DNA of 37,655 nt from a virus (Duplodnaviria; Caudoviricetes), in the IMG/VR virus record IMGVR_UViG_3300042299_000585, positions 1 to 37,655 of that record. The stretch is one strand, 5' to 3'. Made by a program: the position numbers and the translations under genes. The number at the start of each line of letters is the position of its first letter. Within the stretch, counting starts at the first letter, position 1. Positions 17,880 through 24,700 of this stretch are shown here, piece by piece. The notes under the pieces are model-generated. The model had not been told where the DNA came from. It ran no database searches and saw only the letters and a list, made by a program, of their open reading frames with translations.

Positions 17880-18400
17880 CAGCCGCGCCCCTTGGCACGC
17901 CACATGCCGCCGCGCTTGATGAAAGCACGCACGAACTCGACATCTGCCTTGATCGCCTCAGGGTCAGGCGGTGGCGCCTCAGGCTCTTTGCTGCAGCCGG
18001 TCACCTCGTCGGCTCGCAGCCCCTTGGCCTGCTCCACGCGCGCCCGCTGCACCTTGGCCTGCTTGATGAACTTGTCCACGTAGTCACCATTCCTGAAGAT
18101 CAGCGTCAGGCTGTCATAGACCATGCCCGTCTCGTTCTCACCCTGGTGGAACGGGCTCAGCGCATTGCCCTCGATGGCCAGGCACAGATCGGCCACCGTG
18201 TAGCCATCGCGCAGCCGCGCCAGGATTACCGCCTCACGCTTGGCATCCAGCCGCGCCCGCTCATGCTCGAGCACCACGCACCAGTGCCGGAACACCGCCG
18301 CCACCTGCGCCGCCCGCCCCGCATCTTTCTGAGTGGCCAGCGGCGCGGCCTTTTGCACATCGGCGTCCATCGCACTGCGCAACTTCAACACTTGGCCCAT
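17879..18400 (-). CDS. Replication-initiator C-terminal-domain-like protein lacking the N-terminal DNA-binding domain
   Basis: VFRHW...KREAVILARLRDGYTVADLCLAIEG...SPFHQGEN...YDSLTLIFRNGDYVDKF resembles conserved C-termini of phage replisome organisers; purine-rich RBS upstream. Confidence 0.6.
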   Translation of the reverse strand: MGQVLKLRSAMDADVQKAAPLATQKDAGRAAQVAAVFRHWCVVLEHERARLDAKREAVILARLRDGYTVADLCLAIEGNALSPFHQGENETGMVYDSLTLIFRNGDYVDKFIKQAKVQRARVEQAKGLRADEVTGCSKEPEAPPPDPEAIKADVEFVRAFIKRGGMWRAKGRG

Positions 18401-18720
18401 CTTCTCGTTCTCTCCATCACTCTCATGCAGAGGTCACTTCGCTTCGCGGTGAGACCCGAGCAAGCTGCAAAGCACCCCTTACCCATGCGGGCAAAAAGGC
18501 GATGCAGCTGCAACGTTTCGCCCCTGGAGCCGACCGTCGCTGTCCTGCCCTGCAGACCCCGTGACCCGCTGCAGGTTGGCCAGACTGTCCAGTTGGGGTC
18601 ACGCCCAACCCTTGCGCGCTCTAGCCTTTCGCACCACGCTGCCCCCTGCAATCCGGTGTGGGGCACATCAGCCAGCGGGCCACCGCGTATCGAGCCGCCA
18701 CTCCCGCTGGGTTCAATGCG
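18401..18720 (-). ncRNA. Candidate structured RNA / replication origin region
   Basis: About 320 nt with no convincing ORF and at least five consecutive stems; two contain G-U pairs only on the minus (sense) strand. Confidence 0.45.
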
Positions 18721-19332
18721 CTATGGCATGCCAGCCCCCGTCAGTGGATCCACACGCGAGTGCTTCCAGGCCGTGGTGAGGCTTACGCCCAGGGCCTTGG
18801 CAATGTCCTTCAGCGGATGGCCTGCGCGGCGCATCTGCACCGCCTGCAAGCGCTTCTCGGCCGGGGCACGGCGCGGGGCCGCAGCAGCACGGCACACCGC
18901 CGCCAGGCGCACCAGGTCGCGCGTGCGGCCGTTGCTGCTGGCTACCTCTGCCTTGGTGCGCAGCTGCAGGTGTGCCGAGTTGCAGCATGCGGGCTCACCG
19001 CAGGCTGGGCTCAGCACCCAGCCCTTGGCCGGCAGCTGCTTGCCCGCCAGCAGCCACGCGGCTTGGCGCGACGTGACCGCCGTGCGCTTGCCGTCCTTCT
19101 TGGCTGCAATGATTCCCGCGCCACTGCTGTGCATGCCCTGCGCCCAGAGCCAACAGCCCTGCAGCCCATCAGGCAAAGCGCATCGCGCGCGCAAAGCCGC
19201 CAAGGTGCGGCAGTTGCTGGGCAGCGTGTAGGCGCAGGCTGGCCACGCCGGGGGCTCATACCCCATGCGTGCCATGCGGTGCGCAGTGCGCAGCTCGGCT
19301 GCGTTGATGGCAATGCCTGCGGGGCCGCTCAT
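18721..19332 (-). CDS. Degenerate HNH-endonuclease-fold protein with C-terminal HTH
   Basis: GCWLW.QG..SSGAG...SRQAAW...G..LP..GWVLSPACGEPACCNSAHL follows the HNH_3 scaffold without the catalytic His/Asn; HTH LKDIAKALGVSLTTAWK. Confidence 0.7.
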   Translation of the reverse strand: MSGPAGIAINAAELRTAHRMARMGYEPPAWPACAYTLPSNCRTLAALRARCALPDGLQGCWLWAQGMHSSGAGIIAAKKDGKRTAVTSRQAAWLLAGKQLPAKGWVLSPACGEPACCNSAHLQLRTKAEVASSNGRTRDLVRLAAVCRAAAAPRRAPAEKRLQAVQMRRAGHPLKDIAKALGVSLTTAWKHSRVDPLTGAGMP

Positions 19333-19727
19333 TTATGCAGCCGCCCCGTCAGCAGGTCAGCCATCAGGCGCACCTGCTCTTCGGCCTTGTTGGCCCGCTC
19401 GCGCTCGAGCAGGATCTGGCGCTGGTACTCGTTGAGCTTCGGCTGCAGCTCATACCCTTGCTGGCTGGCCAGCCACAGCAGCGGCACCTCATTGCCACAG
19501 ACCGCCATGAAGGTCTGCAGCTTGTCCTGCGGAAAGTGCGCGTCACCCGACTTGATGCGCGCCCACTGCGCCTTGTCCAGCTTGAGCGCCGCGGCCACTT
19601 CCTTGTCTGCCAGGCCACTGAGCTGCTGGCACAGCAGCAGCGCCGACGTGAACGTGGGCTGCCGGTCCACCAGCGTGGCGTCCACCGGCACCATGTCCGG
19701 CTTCAGGGGTAGATCAACCTGCGTCAT
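19329..19727 (-). CDS. XRE-type HTH regulator at the CII position
   Basis: SGLADKEVAAALKLDKAQWARIKSG HTH, FMAVCGNEVPLLWLA and a coiled-coil tail; downstream of cro. Confidence 0.75.
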   Translation of the reverse strand: MTQVDLPLKPDMVPVDATLVDRQPTFTSALLLCQQLSGLADKEVAAALKLDKAQWARIKSGDAHFPQDKLQTFMAVCGNEVPLLWLASQQGYELQPKLNEYQRQILLERERANKAEEQVRLMADLLTGRLHK

Positions 19728-19787
19728 GCTTGTTGACTCGTGTTGACGGTCGCCCACGGCCAACAATGAAGCCATGAACCGACTCAG

Positions 19788-19806
19788 AAGAAAAAAGCCC
19801 CGGGCA
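19788..19806. repeat. 19-bp direct repeat AAGAAAAAAGCCCCGGGCA, copy 1
   Basis: Exact match to 20178-20196. Confidence 0.85.
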
Positions 19807-19849
19807 GCTAGCCTTGCCGGTGCAACCCACACCACCGAAAGGCACGCCC

Positions 19850-20098
19850 ATGACCGACGAACAGAGCCATCTGCTCAATGCACTGGAGATCCGACTGACC
19901 GCCATGGAGACCGTGGTCGCCCTGCTGCTCAAACACCACCCCAACCCCGCTGTGCGCACCATGGTCACTGGCCTGCTTCAGGACTGGCTTGCGGAGTGGC
20001 GCAGCACGGGAGCGCCCCATCAGGACCTGAAGGCGCTGGGCACATTGGCGGAACTGCTGTCAGGACTCGGCGCGGATACCACACCCCCAACCTCATGA
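19850..20098 (+). CDS. Small helical protein antisense to the cro-cII operon
   Basis: 82 aa MTDEQSHLLNALEIRLTAMETVVALLL...; GAAAGG RBS; phage-like codon usage. Confidence 0.65.
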   Translation: MTDEQSHLLNALEIRLTAMETVVALLLKHHPNPAVRTMVTGLLQDWLAEWRSTGAPHQDLKALGTLAELLSGLGADTTPPTS

Positions 20099-20177
20099 GA
20101 ACGCGCTTCACCGCGTCCACCTCGGCACGCACGTTTGCGGGAAGGGGCTCAGCCATGCAACACCTCAGGCAGTGGGA

Positions 20178-20214
20178 AAGAAAAAAGCCCCGGGCAACCG
20201 AAGCCGCCCAGGGC
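20178..20214 (-). terminator. Intrinsic terminator downstream of cro (contains repeat copy 2)
   Basis: 12-bp stem GCCCTGGGCGGC/GTTGCCCGGGGC with a cUUCGg loop, followed by U6. Confidence 0.85.
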
Positions 20215-20283
20215 AAAGCTCGCGCACACCGGCTCAGGGAGGGGACCGGCGCTACTCATCACGCGAGAGGAGACATTCATGGC

Positions 20284-20499
20284 TCAGGCCGCCTGCGCTG
20301 GCGCAGCACAGGGCTGCGCTTGGGGGGCGGGCAGATGCGGCGCAATCGCGTCCAGCGTGCTGCCACGCGGGTCTGGCGTTTGGCCATACTTGATCTTGGT
20401 GAGCGTCGGCAGCGGCACACCGCTGGCTTCAGCCAGGCGCTGCAGCTCTGTGGCTGTGCACTGCCGTACTCGTTCAATGACTAGCTGGTTCGTGCTCAT
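20284..20499 (-). CDS. cro: Cro-like HTH repressor
   Basis: LQRLAEASGVPLPTLTKIKYGQTPDPRGSTL XRE HTH; divergent from cI. Confidence 0.85.
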   Translation of the reverse strand: MSTNQLVIERVRQCTATELQRLAEASGVPLPTLTKIKYGQTPDPRGSTLDAIAPHLPAPQAQPCAAPAQAA

Positions 20500-20570
20500 A
20501 CCCGAATTCTTACCGAATTCGGAAAATCAATCAACCACACTCGGTAAACCGAACTCGGTAGCCTGCCGCC
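20500..20570. promoter_or_regulatory. OR-like immunity region: three operators and divergent promoters
   Basis: Imperfect TACCGAATTCGGTA palindromes at 20511-20524, 20533-20546 and 20547-20560. Minus-strand TTGATT-17-AAGAAT; plus-strand TAGCCT -10. Confidence 0.8.
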
Positions 20571-20915
20571 ATGGGTAGCAGCGATCCTATTGAGTCCGTG
20601 CTCTGGGCCAACGTCTTGGCCCTGATGACGCACCACTACGGCAAAGAGCACCTCTCCAACCTGGCCAAGAAAGCCAAGATTGGGCTGGCCACGATCGGCC
20701 GCATCAAAAAACAGGAAACAAGCGTGGGCGTGGAGGTCATTGACAAGATTGCTCGCGCCTACGATTTACAGGCGTGGCAATTATTGACCCCAGGGTTTGA
20801 CCCCGCCAACCCGCCAGTCCTCAGGCCATTGTCTGCGGCTGAGGTACGCCTGTACGAGCGACTACGGCTTGCCGCCGAAGAAATCGCAGCCTACAGCGTC
20901 ACGAAAGCCACCTAA
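20571..20915 (+). CDS. cI: CI-like repressor (XRE HTH, no S24 peptidase domain)
   Basis: LSNLAKKAKIGLATIGRIKKQETSVGVEVIDKIARAYDLQAWQLL; 114 aa; divergent from cro across the operators. Confidence 0.8.
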   Translation: MGSSDPIESVLWANVLALMTHHYGKEHLSNLAKKAKIGLATIGRIKKQETSVGVEVIDKIARAYDLQAWQLLTPGFDPANPPVLRPLSAAEVRLYERLRLAAEEIAAYSVTKAT

Positions 20916-20927
20916 TCCAAAGCTGGC

Positions 20928-21338
20928 TCAGCGCTCTGCCTCAATCTTTGCTTGAGCGGCGTTGAGCGCCTCTTCAAGCCTGTCTTGGCGCTGCTTGTAG
21001 GTCAAGCGCGTGTCATCGCTCTTGACCATGCGCCCCTGTAGCGCCGACACCCCGGCCGCATAAAAGGCATTCACTGCGCTACGCAACTGCGGTTTGCGCG
21101 CGGCCTTCTGCGCCGCTGGCAGTGCCTTCTTCATGGCATCAAGCCCCTCGCCGACACACTGGCTCAGCTTTGCCGTGCTGGCACCAACTTCGAGCACCAG
21201 CCTTGACTCCAGCTCGCACATCAAAAGGCTGAATCGCGCGTTACCTACAAGCTCGTCGATCGGGTGGCGAGGCTTTTCTTGCTGGCCTGCCGCCGAAGCC
21301 ACGAAGAACGCGATGAGTGCAACGAATAGCCAGCGCAT
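20928..21338 (-). CDS. Secreted/periplasmic helical protein
   Basis: Sec signal peptide MRWLFVALIAFFVASAAG; located in the immunity region, convergent on cI. Confidence 0.7.
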   Translation of the reverse strand: MRWLFVALIAFFVASAAGQQEKPRHPIDELVGNARFSLLMCELESRLVLEVGASTAKLSQCVGEGLDAMKKALPAAQKAARKPQLRSAVNAFYAAGVSALQGRMVKSDDTRLTYKQRQDRLEEALNAAQAKIEAER

Positions 21339-21394
21339 GACAACTCCAACAAGACACGCTTAATAGTTGCACGGCAAGACCGCGGACACAAATT

Positions 21395-21435
21395 TACCGA
21401 ATCCGGTTGACATGCTTACCGTATTCGGTAATTAT
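21395..21435 (+). promoter_or_regulatory. pL/OL-like promoter with two operators
   Basis: TTGACA(21407)-17-AATTAT; operators TACCGAATCCGGTT (21395-21408) and TACCGTATTCGGTA (21417-21430). Confidence 0.85.
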
Positions 21436-21457
21436 GCGGGACATGGAGGTCACACCC

Positions 21458-21640
21458 ATGTCCAGCAGATACCGAATCCCCTACATCCCCAGCGGCCAGG
21501 CGCAGCAGCCCACCCTGGCTGAGCTGCTGCCCTTCGTACAGCTGCACGCCCAAAGCGCGGCCGATGCGCAGGCCCTGGCCTACCGCGTCACCGGCTGCTG
21601 CGTCCTCGAGCCCGTGCGGCTTGAAGGCGGTGCAGCGTGA
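21458..21640 (+). CDS. Hypothetical protein, first gene of the early operon
   Basis: GGAGG RBS, 60 aa, GTGA overlap with the next ORF. Confidence 0.75.
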   Translation: MSSRYRIPYIPSGQAQQPTLAELLPFVQLHAQSAADAQALAYRVTGCCVLEPVRLEGGAA

Positions 21641-22176
21641 ACGCCACCGCAAGCATCACCGTGGCGGGCTGGACGCTGAGCCTGTCTGCCCAAGCCGACG
21701 CTGCAGCTGTATGGCCGCCCCAAGCAGGGACGCCGTCCGAGACACCAGCGCCAGGTATTGCCGACGCTGCACAGGCCCAAGCTGCTGCCCCGCTTCTAAG
21801 GGCAACGAGTCAGACGCTGCTTTCAGTGCTGCCACAGCTGCTGACAGATCTGGGTGAGGTTGCATGTGTAGGCCTCCAGGCGCAGGTTGAAGAACTGCCG
21901 AGCGTTGCGCATCAAGGCGCCGCTGGCAAGGCGCAGCAGGCCGGGGCTGAAGAAACCACTGCTGATCGCCAGCCCGCAGCCAAGGACTTTCATATCGCCA
22001 CTTGGCGAGGGCTGACCGGCCTGAGCAGCCCACCTGAGATCGGCCTGAGCTTTGACGTTCAGGGGCGCGAGCCGGTGCGGCTGCAAATGACGCGCACCGA
22101 CGCATCCGATCTGGCTGCCGCCATTGTTGCGAGCAACCACGAAAGCATTGGGGGTGTACGTGCAAGGCGGTGCCGC
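21637..22176 (+). CDS. Hypothetical ORF, in frame with the downstream beta-barrel gene in this assembly
   Basis: Coupled GTG start. The N-terminal part overlaps an antisense ORF; the C-terminal part (DFHIATWRG..IGLSFDVQGREPVRLQMTRTDA) looks protein-like. Confidence 0.4.
21656..21865 (-). CDS. Small antisense helical protein (69 aa)
   Basis: GGAGG-N7-ATG; MQPHPDLSAAVAALKAASDSLPLEAGQQLGPVQRRQYLALVSRTASLLGAAIQLQRRLG. Confidence 0.5.
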   Translation of the reverse strand: MQPHPDLSAAVAALKAASDSLPLEAGQQLGPVQRRQYLALVSRTASLLGAAIQLQRRLGQTGSASSPPR

Positions 22177-22863
22177 ATGACCCCGCGCACCCCCGCCTGC
22201 CCCCTCACCCGCGCCGCCCTCGCCTGCGCCTGGTGCATTGCCGCGCTGGCCACGTTCATGCTGGCGCTGCTCATCAGCACCGCGCCCGCTGCCGCCGGCA
22301 CCGAGCCCGCGCCCACTCCGGCGGCTAACAGCAAGCCGCAGCTCGACCTGGCGCTCCACACCGGCAGCTATCACTTCGACCGCGCCCAGCGCTTTGAGGA
22401 ATTCAACCCCGGCGCCGCGCTGCGCCTGCGCACCGCCGGTGGGTACTGGCAGGCCGGGGCGTACCGCAACAGCATTGGCCGCACCACCGGCTACATCGCG
22501 CGCGGCATCACCGTGGCCCAGTGGCCGACTGCTTCCGGGGCAGTGCAGGCCAGCGTCTTTGCAGGCGTGGGCAGCGGCTATGCCGTGCGGGTTGCTGAGC
22601 GCCGCGTGTTCTTCAAGACCCCCGCCCCGCCCTGCCTGGACCCGAAGGGCTGCCCGGAATGGCCGCTGGCCAGTGACCTGGTGCGCGTGTACGAGCCCCG
22701 CACCCAGAACGGCGGCTTGAGCCCCTTGGCCGGCGCCGCCTTGAGCTGGGACACCGGCCCCATGGCCCTGCACCTCGTGGCCACGCCCACCTTCCGCACC
22801 GGCGGGCAAACGCGCAACTACGGCGCGCTGGCCCTGCTCGTGTCTTTTCCCCTTGGTCGATAG
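22177..22863 (+). CDS. Putative outer-membrane beta-barrel protein (PagP-like fold)
   Basis: Signal-like hydrophobic N-terminus; SYHFDRAQRFEEFNPGAAL...AGAYRNSIGRTTGY; alternating beta strands; terminal strand ALALLVSFPL. Confidence 0.6.
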   Translation: MTPRTPACPLTRAALACAWCIAALATFMLALLISTAPAAAGTEPAPTPAANSKPQLDLALHTGSYHFDRAQRFEEFNPGAALRLRTAGGYWQAGAYRNSIGRTTGYIARGITVAQWPTASGAVQASVFAGVGSGYAVRVAERRVFFKTPAPPCLDPKGCPEWPLASDLVRVYEPRTQNGGLSPLAGAALSWDTGPMALHLVATPTFRTGGQTRNYGALALLVSFPLGR

Positions 22864-22875
22864 GAGCCCACCGCC

Positions 22876-23397
22876 ATGCGCCCCGCCTTCCTGCCCCGCC
22901 AGATCTCGGCTGCAACCAGTAAGCAAGCCTTACACGTTGCCCCGGCCAAGCCGCCCATTCAGCAGCGCATTCACAACGCGCTGGACCGCGCCAGCCTGCG
23001 CGCCACCACCCTGGTGGTGCAGCCCGCCGGCCTCACCGACGTGGAGTGCATCCACGCCCACCTGGCCGCCGAGGCCGACTTCATCACCGCCCCCACCGCC
23101 GCCCGCCGCTTTGCCGCCAGCCGCGACATGGCCCGCTGGGCCGCAGAGCTCAAGCAGCGCGGGCTCGACGTGCAGCGCCACACCCGTGAGCAGCTCACCG
23201 CCCTGGCAGACAGCGCCTGCCCGCCCTGCACCGGCCAGTGCGACAGCAGCCGCGCCTGCCCGCGCACGCTGGCCAGCAAAGCCCCCGCCAGCGATGACGT
23301 GGTGCCCGCCATCACCGAAGGCTGGTTTGCCGCCGGCCTGTATGCCGTCATCGCCACCGTGGCGATTCTGGTGGCCAATGGGGTGATCAAGCTGTGA
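22876..23397 (+). CDS. Hypothetical protein with Cys motif and C-terminal TM helix
   Basis: AGGAG RBS; CPPCTGQCDSSRACP; hydrophobic C-terminus. Confidence 0.7.
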   Translation: MRPAFLPRQISAATSKQALHVAPAKPPIQQRIHNALDRASLRATTLVVQPAGLTDVECIHAHLAAEADFITAPTAARRFAASRDMARWAAELKQRGLDVQRHTREQLTALADSACPPCTGQCDSSRACPRTLASKAPASDDVVPAITEGWFAAGLYAVIATVAILVANGVIKL

Positions 23398-23750
23398 CTA
23401 AACAGATTGTTCAGCCTACCAAACGGCAAGAGCAGCTCTTGAACCAAGAGCATTTTTTTGCGCGGCTTGGCCAAGAAAGATACGAATTAGCACTCGCGCG
23501 CTGTCGGGAAAAAACTCTGCGCTTGGAGATGGAGCTAGAGAAGCTGCGCGTTGAACTGGAATTCGTGACATGCCATGCAGAGGCGCTCGAATGCGTAGAG
23601 GGCAAATCACCATGGATCAGTTACATGCAAGCGCGAGCAGCCGGCAACCAAGTGGCATTGGTTGCCCTGGCTGCTTTTGCCGGCATGCGCGCAAGAAGAG
23701 CTCGCCGCGCGCACCGCTTAGCCGTTCGCTTCAAGGACTGGCTGCTATGA
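23394..23750 (+). CDS. Hypothetical coiled-coil protein, lower GC
   Basis: Coupled at both ends (GTGA/ATGA); visibly more AT-rich than its neighbours. Confidence 0.65.
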   Translation: MTKQIVQPTKRQEQLLNQEHFFARLGQERYELALARCREKTLRLEMELEKLRVELEFVTCHAEALECVEGKSPWISYMQARAAGNQVALVALAAFAGMRARRARRAHRLAVRFKDWLL

Positions 23751-24040
23751 GCCGCCTAGGCCCCATCCCCAGCGAGCCCAAGCGCTGGCGCGTCGATGCC
23801 ATCGGCCACCCCTGCCACGGCGCCACCGGCATCGAGGTCAGCCGCCACCTCACGGAGCGCGGACACGCGCGCGTCACGCTCAACATGGAGCGCGCAGACG
23901 GCACCGCGTGGCCCTTCCCGCTGGCCGTCACGCTCGACGCGCACCAGCTGCGCGCCGTGCGCCCCGCGCAGAGCGCCACCCAGCGCGACATTGAACGCCG
24001 CAACGCCTGGCTCAACACCTTGGCCGATGCACTGCTATGA
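23747..24040 (+). CDS. Hypothetical protein
   Basis: ATGA overlaps at both ends; MSRLGPIPSEPKRWRVDAIGHPCHG. Confidence 0.7.
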   Translation: MSRLGPIPSEPKRWRVDAIGHPCHGATGIEVSRHLTERGHARVTLNMERADGTAWPFPLAVTLDAHQLRAVRPAQSATQRDIERRNAWLNTLADALL

Positions 24041-24294
24041 GCGCCGGCACCCACCCCCAGCCCGATGAGCCCAACCCCGTGCTCACGCCAGAGCAGCAGG
24101 CCGCGGCCGTGCGCCGGCTCGAAGCCAAGCTGCTGCGCGCCATGCGCAACCAGCAGCAGAAAGCCACCGAGCTGCACGCCGCTAGCGAAGACCTTGAGCG
24201 CGTGGCCGGCAACGTGCTCAAGGCACTGGCCCGCGCCACCAAGCTCACCAAGTACCCCCGGCGCGATGCCCGCATGCGCCAGGCAGGAGATTGA
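24037..24294 (+). CDS. Hypothetical helical protein
   Basis: ATGA coupling; typical codon bias. Confidence 0.7.
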   Translation: MSAGTHPQPDEPNPVLTPEQQAAAVRRLEAKLLRAMRNQQQKATELHAASEDLERVAGNVLKALARATKLTKYPRRDARMRQAGD

Positions 24295-24298
24295 CCCC

Positions 24299-24697
24299 AT
24301 GACAGACCACAAACAGCCTTGGCCCTTTGGGCAAGGCCAGAAAGCACCCAGCCCCATGGCCGCCACCCTGCAGAGGGTGGCCGCCGCCAGCCAGCAGCAC
24401 GCCTTCGACGCGACCGCAGCGCGCGACCACTTCAACGAGGCCGACGAAGCGCAGAGCGTGGAGTGGTTCATCGAAGCCCAGCGCGACGGTGAGCTGCTCT
24501 TTCTCGAGCACTTCAGCCACGAAGACCTGCACCGCCACCTGCCCATCGGCCACCAGACTGCGCGCTGGAGCTTTCACACCGAACGCCGCTTCGCGCACCG
24601 CATCCCCGGCACCCGCCGCGCCCACGCCATTGCCGAATTCCTGCGCGCCATGCACCCCGGCTGGTCCGTGCGCGTCACCACCACCGGAGGCATCTGA
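24299..24697 (+). CDS. Hypothetical protein
   Basis: AGGAG RBS before the ATG at 24299. Confidence 0.7.
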   Translation: MTDHKQPWPFGQGQKAPSPMAATLQRVAAASQQHAFDATAARDHFNEADEAQSVEWFIEAQRDGELLFLEHFSHEDLHRHLPIGHQTARWSFHTERRFAHRIPGTRRAHAIAEFLRAMHPGWSVRVTTTGGI

Positions 24698-24700
24698 GCC

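Noticed and set aside
19714-20216. Minus-strand ORFs 19965..20216 and 19714..19968 as real proteins
   Set aside because: They overlap terminators and the better-supported plus-strand gene, and their composition is not protein-like.
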